The position numbers were made by a program, and so were the translations under genes. The notes below the pieces were generated by a model. It saw nothing but the letters and a program-made list of their open reading frames with translations, did no database searches and was not told where the DNA came from. A stretch of 64,000 bases of DNA from a virus: IMG/VR virus record IMGVR_UViG_3300014720_000016; one strand, 5' to 3'. This document shows, in pieces, positions 28,855 through 38,006 of the stretch (positions are counted from its first letter, which is position 1; the number at the start of each line of letters is the position of its first letter).

Positions 28855-29883
28855 CTACTCTCCTATCTTCAACAGGAACGCATTGTTAATTACCTTGAAG
28901 GAAGCCCTGGCTAATCCGGTTCCCAAGTAGCTCGCGATAACAGCGGAGTTGCGCTCTCGCGTAGGTCGGATAACAATACCCTCTCGTGGATGCCCGCTAT
29001 CATAGTTGCCCTCGGCAGCCGCTAAGGCTGTCTCAAGCGTAATATCAAGCTGCCTGACCCAAAGGATAGGTACTGTTGGAATTGAATAGCGGCTGCAAAA
29101 TTCTTGGAAATCTTCGAAGTCAAGGTACGCTTGCCCAGAGATGTCAAACACCTGGAAAGCATAAAATGCCTTGCCACGAATACCCAGACGGTTCCCCTGG
29201 ATGCTCTCGCCAACAAATTCTCCTTGGACGGCAAACCCGGCAGGCATATTTTCAAATATACCCAGCTGACGAGCCATGGTCCAGTGAGGAGATCCTTCAA
29301 TGTCTTTTAGTGCATAATTACGGGTGCAGACAAATTGCGTCTCGCCCTCGGCGTCACGATGCTTTGCAAAGGTAAGGGACTGGCCATCTAGCTTGACAGC
29401 TGCATAGCACTCTACGCCACGCAACTCGTCTAGTACCTCGGGTACTGATTGCAAGCGAATCTCATCTGTTTTGTTAAACAGGTGAGTGGGAAAATTGCCG
29501 GCAATTTCGCGAGCCCCGCTGGTAGATGCAGGCTCCCACTTTGTTACGCCAAGCTGGGCAGTGACATCGCTGCCTTCCGCAATAGGGCAGGACTCAGGAA
29601 GAACTGATACCGGCAGGGCTAGGCCCTGCGAAAGTACCCCTCGCATACGCTTGCTGCGCAGCCTAAAATTATCAGGTCGCTTGCCATCTGGCCACAAGAA
29701 AGAAAAGATGCTCCTATCAGGCAGGACGGAATCAATCTCGAAGTAAACGCAACAGTCGCCTGCCTGGAACTCTCCCTTGCGAGATACGAGCTGCCATCCA
29801 AGAACCTGGATCTTTTCGACCCTGTCTGCGCCAGGGATCGGGGATACTGATATTACCTTCTGGATGCTTGCCAGCTTGCGCAT
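28855..29883 (-). CDS. RNA ligase, DRB0094/Rnl5-like family
   Basis: MRKLASIQ N-terminal OB domain, KTDE.RLQ, motif I KLDGQS, QGEFVG, REGIV, SFKVIN. Confidence 0.9.
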   Translation of the reverse strand: MRKLASIQKVISVSPIPGADRVEKIQVLGWQLVSRKGEFQAGDCCVYFEIDSVLPDRSIFSFLWPDGKRPDNFRLRSKRMRGVLSQGLALPVSVLPESCPIAEGSDVTAQLGVTKWEPASTSGAREIAGNFPTHLFNKTDEIRLQSVPEVLDELRGVECYAAVKLDGQSLTFAKHRDAEGETQFVCTRNYALKDIEGSPHWTMARQLGIFENMPAGFAVQGEFVGESIQGNRLGIRGKAFYAFQVFDISGQAYLDFEDFQEFCSRYSIPTVPILWVRQLDITLETALAAAEGNYDSGHPREGIVIRPTRERNSAVIASYLGTGLARASFKVINNAFLLKIGE

Positions 29884-29884
29884 G

Positions 29885-30106
29885 TCAGCCCTCCCCCTTG
29901 CCGTCCTCCGCGGCAGCGGCCTCAGCATCTTTTTCTTCAATATACTTGTGGAGAGAATCTGATACAAACCGCGAAAGGACATCAGGAGTGATTTCCGTCA
30001 CTCCATAAAAAAACTTAATATGTTCAGCTGCTTCATCATCATAATTGATGTCAGCTTTTAGGGAGCCGTCCGGCATTTCTTTAAGAGAAAGGATCTCGAT
30101 CTTCAT
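29885..30106 (-). CDS. Hypothetical protein
   Basis: Start MKIEIL; first gene after motif copy 8. Confidence 0.55.
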   Translation of the reverse strand: MKIEILSLKEMPDGSLKADINYDDEAAEHIKFFYGVTEITPDVLSRFVSDSLHKYIEEKDAEAAAAEDGKGEG

Positions 30107-30224
30107 ATTTTTACCTTCATCCCGCCTCGCAATCCGAAACGGGCTCTGTCTGGAAGTATTTTGCGGGCGCATAGCACGCGGAGTGCTGTATCTTACTGCT
30201 TTTCTGCCCGCCTTCGCCACTAAG

Positions 30225-30256
30225 GGATCAGGCGGGACCGGGTTTAGGCCCGACCC
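30225..30256 (-). promoter_or_regulatory. 32-bp element, copy 8
   Basis: GGGTCGGGCC TAAA CCCGGTCCCG CCTGATCC. Confidence 0.72.
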
Positions 30257-30280
30257 GTGCTGATATAGGGGCGCAAACCG

Positions 30281-30811
30281 CTATCCTAGCCCCTGAGCCG
30301 ACTGCGCTGCTTGGCGTGTATATTCGTACAGGATTACGTTGGCAGCTTGCGCGGCATTGATACAAAAGCCCACTCCGGGCATAGGAATGGCAATTATCTC
30401 GCTATTAAGTAGAATATCAGGGGGCACGCCAGTCTTTTCATTGCCAATAACAATACAGGTAGGCGTTTTCATATCAAAGGCATAGCTATGCAAGCTGGCT
30501 GCATCGGGATGCAGCTCTGCTGATAGCACCCGCATATCATGCGCGGCACAATGCTCTAATAGATCGTGAGGATTAGAAAACTTCCTGATAGTTAGGAAGT
30601 CGCTTGTTGATCCTGATAGTTCTCGGAGTACCGCTGGCGGCGGGCAATCACCGATTATATTAACGGCTCGCGCGCCAAAGCAAGCCGCCGCCCGAATTAG
30701 ATAGCCTATGTTTTCTTCACAACGGAAATTGACAGTAGCTACTTCTAGTGGATAGCATATGGCATTGGAAACTTTGGCAGAATATCTTTGTTTGCGAGTT
30801 TCACTTCGCAT
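30281..30811 (-). CDS. SpoU/TrmH family RNA 2'-O-methyltransferase
   Basis: NIGYLIRAAACFG, IVIGNEKTGV, IPMPG...INAAQAANVILYE. Confidence 0.9.
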   Translation of the reverse strand: MRSETRKQRYSAKVSNAICYPLEVATVNFRCEENIGYLIRAAACFGARAVNIIGDCPPPAVLRELSGSTSDFLTIRKFSNPHDLLEHCAAHDMRVLSAELHPDAASLHSYAFDMKTPTCIVIGNEKTGVPPDILLNSEIIAIPMPGVGFCINAAQAANVILYEYTRQAAQSAQGLG

Positions 30812-30824
30812 TAGTTAAGCGCCT

Positions 30825-31115
30825 TTACTTATCATTGGTACGCAATGGCGAGCCATTGAGATAATAGAATTCGTTGATTATATTTCCTGCTTCATCATGA
30901 ACCGTAACCGCCGGCCCATCTTCCCGGTGCAGTAATCCATTCTCTAGATAATCGCGATAGCGCAAGACACCGTTTTTAAACGTGAAAATGATTTGCCTGT
31001 ATTTTGTGGCTGGTGGGTTTTCGTCAATGTAAATAACCACATCGCCGTTAACCTTGCAGCGCCAGCCAGGCGGGCAGTTTACTATATAGTCGGCATGATA
31101 CATCTTCATCGCCAT
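30825..31115 (-). CDS. HRxDGPA repeat protein
   Basis: NGLLHREDGPAV...YYLNG. Confidence 0.65.
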   Translation of the reverse strand: MAMKMYHADYIVNCPPGWRCKVNGDVVIYIDENPPATKYRQIIFTFKNGVLRYRDYLENGLLHREDGPAVTVHDEAGNIINEFYYLNGSPLRTNDK

Positions 31116-31345
31116 AGTAGTACCTTGTTTTTAATAGTACCATATGGCGGGCCTAGCTTGCTAGTTCACATAAGCGGCCTGATGAACAATAACGATCTCA
31201 TCCTCAGGAACAGATACCTGAATAGAAATTTCATTTCGGGCAGACCCTGCGGGTGCATTATCAGCGCATGAAGCAATTAGCACAAATGCAATGGCAATAA
31301 AAATCTTGATCAAGATACAAACCCTTTCTGTAGAAAATGGAGAAA

Positions 31346-31729
31346 TTACCACCACGAAGTATAGAACACAGCCTGCCCGTTGCTAAGTAGCTCACGAGCG
31401 GTTGCAATAAAACGCAAATCTTCCTGATCCTGATCATAGGTATCACGCATGGCCCCAAAGAAAAAGCCATCTGTTTTCGGCAGACAACTGCGCAGGATAA
31501 CATCTTCTAGCGCCGCCAAATCTTCTTCAGTAAGCCTTACTGCTGCGCAGTTGAATTCTTCTTGTCCGCCTTTTGAAATATAAAGGCGCTCCATCCAGCC
31601 CTGAAGGCCAGGGTGCTTGCGCCAGTAGGCGAACTCCTTGGAGTTATCTACTACCAAGTCTTCGAAACCAATCTGCTTGTCACCAAGCAGTTCAGCGGGA
31701 CAATGACGAGCGTACTGATCCAATCCCAT
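31346..31729 (-). CDS. Phage-type hypothetical protein
   Basis: MGLDQYA...YWRKH...FNC...LPKTDGFFFG...YTSWW. Confidence 0.75.
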   Translation of the reverse strand: MGLDQYARHCPAELLGDKQIGFEDLVVDNSKEFAYWRKHPGLQGWMERLYISKGGQEEFNCAAVRLTEEDLAALEDVILRSCLPKTDGFFFGAMRDTYDQDQEDLRFIATARELLSNGQAVFYTSWW

Positions 31730-31741
31730 GCTAGTCTCCAA

Positions 31742-31915
31742 TCAATCTTTGATGTAGCCCTGCTCAAGAAGCTGGACAGCGGTACGACCGTACCAGCCCT
31801 GAAGGTTATACGCAGCTCCAGAGTCGTGGAGGTACTGCCAGGCAGCGATTACCTCTTCCTCGTTATCAACTTCCCGGTCGCCTTCGATAATTGAAACTGC
31901 CGAAAAAAGATCCAT
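31742..31915 (-). CDS. Small phage-type protein
   Basis: AWQYLHDSG...LQGWYGRTA. Confidence 0.65.
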   Translation of the reverse strand: MDLFSAVSIIEGDREVDNEEEVIAAWQYLHDSGAAYNLQGWYGRTAVQLLEQGYIKD

Positions 31916-31934
31916 CTTAGATTCCACTGACACG

Positions 31935-32294
31935 CTATTCTCCTGGTCCTTCAAGATATTCGAATTGAATTTCTAGCTGTTCGCACTTGGCGCGCAGATC
32001 GCGCACATGCTGGATAATAGTTGCATCATCAGGGCAGACAGTGCTCCACTTGATACCTAGTGCATTAAGTACGCCTTCTGCAAGGTCTCCGGCCTGCTTG
32101 GCGCAGCCTTCGGCATAACTGCTTGCCGCATCCAGCCGCTTCTGACAGCGGAGTAGATCGTCTAAGATTTCCTTGTTGCAGGATTTCAGGCGTGCCACTT
32201 CGTCGCACAGGGCAAGCACATCGGCTGCCGCTCGTGACAGATCAACTGATGAGCCACGGTACATTTGACGAATACATTCTTCGTCTAGCTTCAT
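31935..32294 (-). CDS. Coiled-coil protein, MKL-start
   Basis: First gene after motif copy 9. Confidence 0.6.
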   Translation of the reverse strand: MKLDEECIRQMYRGSSVDLSRAAADVLALCDEVARLKSCNKEILDDLLRCQKRLDAASSYAEGCAKQAGDLAEGVLNALGIKWSTVCPDDATIIQHVRDLRAKCEQLEIQFEYLEGPGE

Positions 32295-32332
32295 ATCTTC
32301 CTTCTTGGAGTGTCGCCGAGCTGCGCCCGCCC

Positions 32333-32364
32333 GGATCGGGGGCGACCGGGTTTAGGCCGGAGCC
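32333..32364 (-). promoter_or_regulatory. 32-bp element, copy 9
   Basis: GGCTCCGGCC TAAA CCCGGTCGCC CCCGATCC, directly after a terminator. Confidence 0.75.
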
Positions 32365-32372
32365 GGCCTAGT

Positions 32373-32399
32373 AAAAAGCCCCGCTGCGGGCGGGGCTTT
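32373..32399 (-). terminator. Rho-independent terminator
   Basis: GCCCCGC/GCGGGGC stem followed by TTTTT on the minus strand, after the 32405 stop. Confidence 0.75.
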
Positions 32400-32404
32400 A
32401 GGAC

Positions 32405-33163
32405 TCAGTCTTCGCTTTCGGATTCTACTGCTGCCAGCCTATCTGACATATAGGCTTTAAGCCACTCTACTAGATCGGCAGTCTTGCCTGGATCGGCCTT
32501 GATTCCTTTTGCTATAATAGCCAGCTCATCAGCCTTGCGATGCAGAGCATCGGCTGGCCCGCGCTGTGGCGGTAGGTTTTCCAGCTTATCTAGCAGCTCG
32601 ACAAAGTTATTTACTTTGTACTTCGCAGCATCAGCAGGATCATAATCAAGGCCTATGATGCGCGACCAAAGAGACATTATCTCGCGCTCATCTTCCTGTC
32701 GAGCCTCTAGTTGCGACAGTATCATCTCATCGGCGGACGCATCCAGTTTAGCAATCTCGCCTCGCAAAAGCTTAATCAGCTGATCATAGTTCTTGTAGTC
32801 TACTCCTGGCTTCCATGGGAAAGTAAGATTAATTGCAGTCCAAGTCCGGGGGTCTCCTACCTTGCCATTCTCAGGAATATCCTGTCCCTCTGAGCGAGGC
32901 GTTCGGTTTATGGCTTCAGCAATCTTTAGATACTTGTTAAGCAGCTTCTGTACCTGTAACATTTGCTGTGACTCTGCTTTGCGCTTAGCAGCTGATCCAG
33001 GTTGTTCATTACTAATCGTAGCTCCCTGAGTCATTTTTATGTCATCGCCGCCAGCGTCAGTCATAGCTAGGACGATCTTGTCTAGCCTGTCCGCCAGGCC
33101 GGTATGGCCGCGGGTATCCAGCTCATTAGCAATCTTTATCAAGCTCTTAGCAACACTCCTCAT
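32405..33163 (-). CDS. IANELD-motif protein
   Basis: MRSVAKSLIKIANELDTRGHTGLADRLDKIV; GGAGG RBS; own terminator. Confidence 0.75.
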   Translation of the reverse strand: MRSVAKSLIKIANELDTRGHTGLADRLDKIVLAMTDAGGDDIKMTQGATISNEQPGSAAKRKAESQQMLQVQKLLNKYLKIAEAINRTPRSEGQDIPENGKVGDPRTWTAINLTFPWKPGVDYKNYDQLIKLLRGEIAKLDASADEMILSQLEARQEDEREIMSLWSRIIGLDYDPADAAKYKVNNFVELLDKLENLPPQRGPADALHRKADELAIIAKGIKADPGKTADLVEWLKAYMSDRLAAVESESED

Positions 33164-33245
33164 GGCGCCTCCCATAGCTTTAAAGTTATCAAATAGTAAT
33201 AGGCCGGCCATATTATATTGCCGGCCGGCAATCAATCGGCGCTAC

Positions 33246-33503
33246 TTAGCGGGGATTGCAAACATAGGGACGCAAATGCCGGGCTGCCTCGCAGGCAGCG
33301 ATATGCTGGATTAGCTGCCCCTCAAACTGCTCAATTAGTCGAATATGCTCCTCAGGCAGCCGACCCATGTCAAGCGAGCTTACCACTAGCTGGCCGTGAG
33401 AGGGCGAGTACCATGTGGTTGCGGGTCGTACATCGCCTGGCCCAAAATCAAGAACCCAGCCAAAGTCAGGAACGCTAGGCTGCAAAGTAAGGGTGATGCT
33501 CAT
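33246..33503 (-). CDS. Hypothetical protein
   Basis: GAGG RBS. Confidence 0.5.
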   Translation of the reverse strand: MSITLTLQPSVPDFGWVLDFGPGDVRPATTWYSPSHGQLVVSSLDMGRLPEEHIRLIEQFEGQLIQHIAACEAARHLRPYVCNPR

Positions 33504-33542
33504 GCTTGTCCTCGTAAGTTTCTGCTCCTATTTACAGAGGAG

Positions 33543-33917
33543 TCACCGTGGCGGAGCATAGGCCCGGACAACAATCTTTTTACCGGGCAGCGCTGCTAGG
33601 ATGCTCCGCATAGCAGAGGCTCCCACAGGATTATGAGAATGGATAAGTATATTGTCTGGGCAGTGATCAGGATTATTAACCAGCCAGCGGGCGGCATCCT
33701 TACCCGTTAATTCCCGCACTGTACCGTCCTCCCGGACAGTGTCAGGGTCGTGCTCAAAGCCCAGATCATGATCGAGGCAAACCATGTCATAAGCACCTGA
33801 TCGGGCCAGCCCTACGAATTCGCTATAGGTGTATGCATGGGCAAGATCGTTGCCTGCCAGAATCTTCTGAAATCCGGCGTGACGTTCTGCATCATCATCA
33901 AGAATCAGTGTCTTCAT
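33543..33917 (-). CDS. Cyclic-phosphate-processing receiver-domain protein
   Basis: LILDDDAER, LDHDLG, TGKDAARWL, IHSHNPVGA..M. Confidence 0.8.
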   Translation of the reverse strand: MKTLILDDDAERHAGFQKILAGNDLAHAYTYSEFVGLARSGAYDMVCLDHDLGFEHDPDTVREDGTVRELTGKDAARWLVNNPDHCPDNILIHSHNPVGASAMRSILAALPGKKIVVRAYAPPR

Positions 33918-34242
33918 TTTTGTCCGTTTGCAGTAATCGAATTTCTTTTAGCAAAGCACCAGTCATACTGGGATCAGACGACCCTGGCATGACGCCTCGA
34001 GTAAGAAGATCAATTGTAGCATCGTCAACCGGAATAGATCCTGGGCTGAATAAGTAATTGCCGCCTAGTGAAGAAACCCAGCTACAAATGTCTAGGCTGT
34101 CAGGATCAAGGGCTAGCCTGAGCTTTCCGCTGCCAGGTATATTAAAAGATACCACTATGCGACTGCCGTTGCGGTAAGCACTGAATCCAGCACCAGCAGG
34201 AATAGGATAGCGAAGTAATATCTCCGCATTTTCTAACTTCAT
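33898..34242 (-). CDS. Hypothetical protein, MKL-start
   Basis: MKLENAEILL. Confidence 0.55.
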   Translation of the reverse strand: MKLENAEILLRYPIPAGAGFSAYRNGSRIVVSFNIPGSGKLRLALDPDSLDICSWVSSLGGNYLFSPGSIPVDDATIDLLTRGVMPGSSDPSMTGALLKEIRLLQTDKNEDTDS

Positions 34243-34260
34243 AGCGTAGCTGTTCCTCTG

Positions 34261-34494
34261 TTACTGTTTGTTGCCAAAAGTATAGTCGTTCTCAGGATCG
34301 TCAGGCACATCTATCTGCTCTGAATCGCCTAGCACGCTGATGGCATAAATGCTGACAGGCTCCCGATTTTTTCGGAACCTGTAGTTGTGCTGCGCCAGCA
34401 CTATCCCGAGAATAGCCATATCTTGAGGATAGGGCAGTCGCAGGACGCACGTTCCCCATCGGTCACGGAATTCATAGGCCTTGATAAGCTTCAT
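34261..34494 (-). CDS. Hypothetical protein, MKL-start
   Basis: MKLIKAYEF. Confidence 0.5.
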   Translation of the reverse strand: MKLIKAYEFRDRWGTCVLRLPYPQDMAILGIVLAQHNYRFRKNREPVSIYAISVLGDSEQIDVPDDPENDYTFGNKQ

Positions 34495-34828
34495 GGTATT
34501 CCTTACCACGGAACGTTTAGCCCGCTAAACCAGCCGGGCAAATCCCACCACGCTTCCCAAAAGGGGCCTCCGCCCATTATAATCTCGCGCTCTACCAGGC
34601 GATGCCAGTCAGAGAAAGGTGCAGCGGGGGTGCAGAAGTAATAATTACTTTTCCCGGTCGAAGGCGCCACAAGAGCAGTCATGCCAATCCTTCCACCAGC
34701 CGCAATCAGAAGCGTGCTCCGCCTCAGGCTCGGAATCCCCTAGGCTGCAAGGAGCACCAGCGTCATCGGTACCACAGGCAACGCAATAACCATCTCTAGT
34801 CCAGCCGGCATGATTGTTCATAGGCGCC

Positions 34829-35092
34829 CTACCATGAAGTAATTGTTGCAGTATTATTTGGACTTACAGTTGAGCTAATATATGAATTGCAGTCAGGCAG
34901 CGCCATCATGTAGCACATACCATTGACAAATATCCTAATGGCAGCTGGCGCCAGCCGACCGTGCAGTACGTTGTCGGCTACTACCAGGGACGCTGGCGGT
35001 GCTAGACCGAACTCACGCGCAGCTATGGCCGCCGCTGCATACCAGTGGCGACAAGCGATTGCTTCTGCCATTTCCCACTTCAACAGCTTCAT
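34829..35092 (-). CDS. MKL family A protein
   Basis: MKLLKWEMAEAIACRHWYAAAAIAAREFG. Confidence 0.7.
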   Translation of the reverse strand: MKLLKWEMAEAIACRHWYAAAAIAAREFGLAPPASLVVADNVLHGRLAPAAIRIFVNGMCYMMALPDCNSYISSTVSPNNTATITSW

Positions 35093-35189
35093 ATAACTTT
35101 ATCGCGCTTCTATCTCGGGCACGCCGGATTCTAGGACAATCTTTGCCAGGGCAAGCCGGGCCATCTCGGCGGACCAAGGCTCGACGATA

Positions 35190-35810
35190 TCACCGCCTTG
35201 TTCGGCGATTAGCTTTAGCACTCGCACGGCTTCGGCTAGTGCGGCTTCCTGTTCGTTTTCCATCGGCTACCTCATCAAGAATATTTACAATCTGGCTTAT
35301 CATTGCGCCCTGACTACCCTTGGCAAGAGGATAGCTGCCGAGCAGGGCGCCGTCACTATAAACGGCAAGCATGTTCGTGTATGTGCCGGCGGGATAATCT
35401 AGCCTAGCGGAAAATACTTTGGCAAAAAGAGATCGGTAAGAAACCAACATTTGGTTACGACCGTTGTCGTCCTCCCACTCACCCAGACACAGCTCGCCAT
35501 AAGGAAGGGACGGCTTTGCCGCCTCTGTATCTTCAAGCTGCGCGATTGCCTGCGCAAATAGGGCCAGAGCCCTGTTTACCGGCAGAAGCCGCGGGCACAC
35601 TTTGTTTAGCCTTGCCCTGTGAAACCGCCTGCGAGCCAGCCTGCTCATCCTACAGCTACCGCTCCACCATCTAGACGCAAGATGGCCATAGATAGTCACG
35701 TCGTTCGTGCGGTGCCAGGATGCTCGAGCTAGCGAGGTATCTTTGCCGGCCGAGATTCGCAGGTACCCATTCGAATCCTCGGCGATATAAATGTTGTTTG
35801 TTTTTGGCAT
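35190..35810 (-). CDS. Hypothetical protein
   Basis: ~206-aa ORF. Confidence 0.55.
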   Translation of the reverse strand: MPKTNNIYIAEDSNGYLRISAGKDTSLARASWHRTNDVTIYGHLASRWWSGSCRMSRLARRRFHRARLNKVCPRLLPVNRALALFAQAIAQLEDTEAAKPSLPYGELCLGEWEDDNGRNQMLVSYRSLFAKVFSARLDYPAGTYTNMLAVYSDGALLGSYPLAKGSQGAMISQIVNILDEVADGKRTGSRTSRSRASAKANRRTRR

Positions 35811-35842
35811 CTGCCCTATCCTTTGTGGCAAGCTGCTGCCGA

Positions 35843-36214
35843 TTACCTAGAAAAAGAAGCGCCGCAACCACAGGTGCGCCGGACCTCGTCCGACCTGAAC
35901 TTGAAGCCGCTTTCAAGCAGGGTTCGCAGGTAGTCTAGGGTTGTCCCCTTTAGATAGGGCTCGCTAAAGCAGTCGATTACAAAATGCAGCCCGCCTACAA
36001 GATAAACCGAATCTTCTTCCGGGTCAACGGCATCTTGCTTGATGAACTCAAGATTGTACATAAAGCCAGAACAGCCTCCGCCTTTTACGCCAATCCTAAT
36101 CCCGAACACATCGGGATCGGGGTCGTCTGAGTAGGCTGCCCGGAATTGTAGCAGGGCTTCTCCAGTGATTGTCACTGGGCAAAGCTCGGCACTCTTGATG
36201 TCTTGTGCTGTCAT
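35843..36214 (-). CDS. iscA: HesB/IscA/ErpA family Fe-S carrier protein
   Basis: RIGVKGGGCSGFMY, YLKGTTLDY, SGFKF, TCGCGASF. Confidence 0.92.
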   Translation of the reverse strand: MTAQDIKSAELCPVTITGEALLQFRAAYSDDPDPDVFGIRIGVKGGGCSGFMYNLEFIKQDAVDPEEDSVYLVGGLHFVIDCFSEPYLKGTTLDYLRTLLESGFKFRSDEVRRTCGCGASFSR

Positions 36215-36227
36215 GTGATCACCTCAT

Positions 36228-36307
36228 TGGCGCGCCCGGCTCGATTTGAACGAGCATGGGTCCAGTTATCCTTTCAACGACTTAGAAGGTCGAGGGAATA
36301 CGGGCGC
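36228..36307 (-). tRNA. Atypical tRNA-Arg(UCU)-like RNA lacking a D-arm
   Basis: GCGCCCG/CGGGCGC acceptor stem + G + CCA; T-arm GCTCG-TTCAAAT-CGAGC; anticodon arm CGAC-CTTCTAA-GTCG; only 8 nt where the D-arm should be. Confidence 0.8.
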
Positions 36308-36325
36308 ACAAATAATTACCAGGGG

Positions 36326-36631
36326 CTAGGTAAAAAGCCTTTGGACTACATAAGGATCCGTCACGCCCTCATCATCCCCTGAAGCCTCTAGCATACGGTA
36401 TGCCAGCTCTATTGAGCTTTTTGTAATCTTGGCAAGATTTGGAGAGAAGTAGGTGCCGGTGACGACTTGTCCACCTATACTTATCTGCTCACCGAACTGG
36501 TATATACAAAAGCCAGGCTTAACAACCCAAGCATACATCGTGCTATCATCATAGATTCCGGTGAAAGCATCCGTGTATTCGCCAACTACTTCCTGTAGAT
36601 GTTCGCGAATTTCCCACTCTCTAATCTTCAT
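36326..36631 (-). CDS. MK[IL]-WEI subfamily protein
   Basis: MKIREWEIREHL; aligns with 38550. Confidence 0.65.
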   Translation of the reverse strand: MKIREWEIREHLQEVVGEYTDAFTGIYDDSTMYAWVVKPGFCIYQFGEQISIGGQVVTGTYFSPNLAKITKSSIELAYRMLEASGDDEGVTDPYVVQRLFT

Positions 36632-36894
36632 TGCTTCATCGCAAACACTACCCGTAGTGCCGGGTGAATGGTGTCTATAAAAGTATTGGAATAAAAACCT
36701 TCGCCGTCGCTCCAACTGTAGTACTCTTTGGATCGGTACATAACGATCTCATTGCCAGCATAAGGATCGTCTACTACGACTTCAGCAGATGCTGTGTCAA
36801 AGTCAATCCCGAACTGCGCCTTAAACAACCTGTATATCTCGTCCACGTCGCGGCGCTGGAATGCATCTAGCATCTGGTAGTGATCCAGCTTCAT
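36628..36894 (-). CDS. MKL family A protein
   Basis: MKLDHYQMLDAF..RD...FG; YSWSDGEGFY. Confidence 0.75.
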   Translation of the reverse strand: MKLDHYQMLDAFQRRDVDEIYRLFKAQFGIDFDTASAEVVVDDPYAGNEIVMYRSKEYYSWSDGEGFYSNTFIDTIHPALRVVFAMKQ

Positions 36895-36895
36895 G

Positions 36896-37153
36896 CTATA
36901 CCCTTAGAGTAATGGCGCAAGATGTGCGACGATTAAACTTGGCAAAAGATTTGCCGAAGCCGCTTTCGGCGGTCCATTTATAGTATCCTGGCCCATCCCA
37001 AAGGTGGACCGCATCTCCATGAAGATGAGTAGGATGAACTTCTACTGACAAGTCTACAATGCTCAGGCCGAAGTGCTCTTGAAAGATCTGCACGGCTTTG
37101 TCGGTGTCGGCCTGCTGGAAAGCCTCTAGCATTAGATAGTGATTTAGCTTCAC
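36896..37153 (-). CDS. MKL family A protein
   Basis: MKLNHYLMLEAF..AD...HFG; YKWTAESGF. Confidence 0.75.
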   Translation of the reverse strand: MKLNHYLMLEAFQQADTDKAVQIFQEHFGLSIVDLSVEVHPTHLHGDAVHLWDGPGYYKWTAESGFGKSFAKFNRRTSCAITLRV

Positions 37154-37170
37154 GCCTCACCCGCCCCTCT

Positions 37171-37202
37171 GGATAGGCGCGGCCCGGCTTTAGACCGGAG
37201 CC
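37171..37202 (-). promoter_or_regulatory. 32-bp element, copy 10
   Basis: GGCTCCGGTC TAAA GCCGGGCCGC GCCTATCC; its TAA is the stop codon of the upstream gene. Confidence 0.65.
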
Positions 37203-37474
37203 CGCGCTCTAATTGCCATGGCCCACCACACAGTGATGCTAGGTTTTGTGTAAGGCGTTATTATTTCAAAGCAAGAAAAGCCATTACGCGAATCCCACAC
37301 ATATGACTTATACCCTGCGTCAACCCTAAGCTGGTCAATATAAGGATATGAATCCCTTACTTCTGCCTCGACATTAGGGAGCTTTATGTTAAAGTGTTGC
37401 TCGACGCCAGCCTTAATAGCAGGCAGATCCCGCTCAGCAAAGGCAAGGCGCATCGCATAGTTGTCTAGCTTCAT
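37190..37474 (-). CDS. MKL family A protein
   Basis: MKLDNYAMRLAFAERD...HFN; YVWDSRNGF. Confidence 0.75.
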   Translation of the reverse strand: MKLDNYAMRLAFAERDLPAIKAGVEQHFNIKLPNVEAEVRDSYPYIDQLRVDAGYKSYVWDSRNGFSCFEIITPYTKPSITVWWAMAIRARAPV

Positions 37475-37487
37475 GACTGCGCAACAC

Positions 37488-38006
37488 TCAATCCCAGAAC
37501 CGATCAAGGGTTTCAATGATGCCAATGAAGTCTGAGATAGGAGAGCCGGAGCGAAAGCAGCCGACCTGGTCGGGATGATTACCCCATCGGCAATGGCCGC
37601 GGTCAATGTCGTCCTTCATCTGTACCAGTTGCTTGACAGCCGCTTCCGTAATATAGTTGTGATTAATGTATTGCTGATAGCTATATGTGCCATCGTCTTC
37701 GTGCGCAATATTGTCGCAACCGACAACACTTACCTGCTTGCAAAGACCGAGGTCATAGGGGCTGCTCTTGCGCCACTTGATAGTGGAGAACGTGCCGCCC
37801 GCCGGTTCGAGATCGTAGGCAGTGCTCTCTGGATCGGCATAGTGAGCTTCGTAAGCAGGGATATCAGGAACCGCTACTGCCTTGTAGTACTTGCCAAGTG
37901 TGCCGAAGAAAGGGATATCATCCTGCGAGCAGGAGAAGTTTACATAAATCTTAAAGCAGTCGCCAGCAGCAACCGGCGGGCTGTAGTCAATCTTGTTAAT
38001 TTTCAT
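37488..38006 (-). CDS. Hypothetical protein
   Basis: 172-aa coupled ORF. Confidence 0.6.
   Translation of the reverse strand: MKINKIDYSPPVAAGDCFKIYVNFSCSQDDIPFFGTLGKYYKAVAVPDIPAYEAHYADPESTAYDLEPAGGTFSTIKWRKSSPYDLGLCKQVSVVGCDNIAHEDDGTYSYQQYINHNYITEAAVKQLVQMKDDIDRGHCRWGNHPDQVGCFRSGSPISDFIGIIETLDRFWD

Noticed and set aside
4889-36214. Bacterial chromosome origin suggested by tig, clpS, iscA, orn and trmH
   Set aside because: Their usual neighbours (clpP/clpX, clpA, isc/suf operon) are missing, and they sit among co-oriented small phage-type ORFs.
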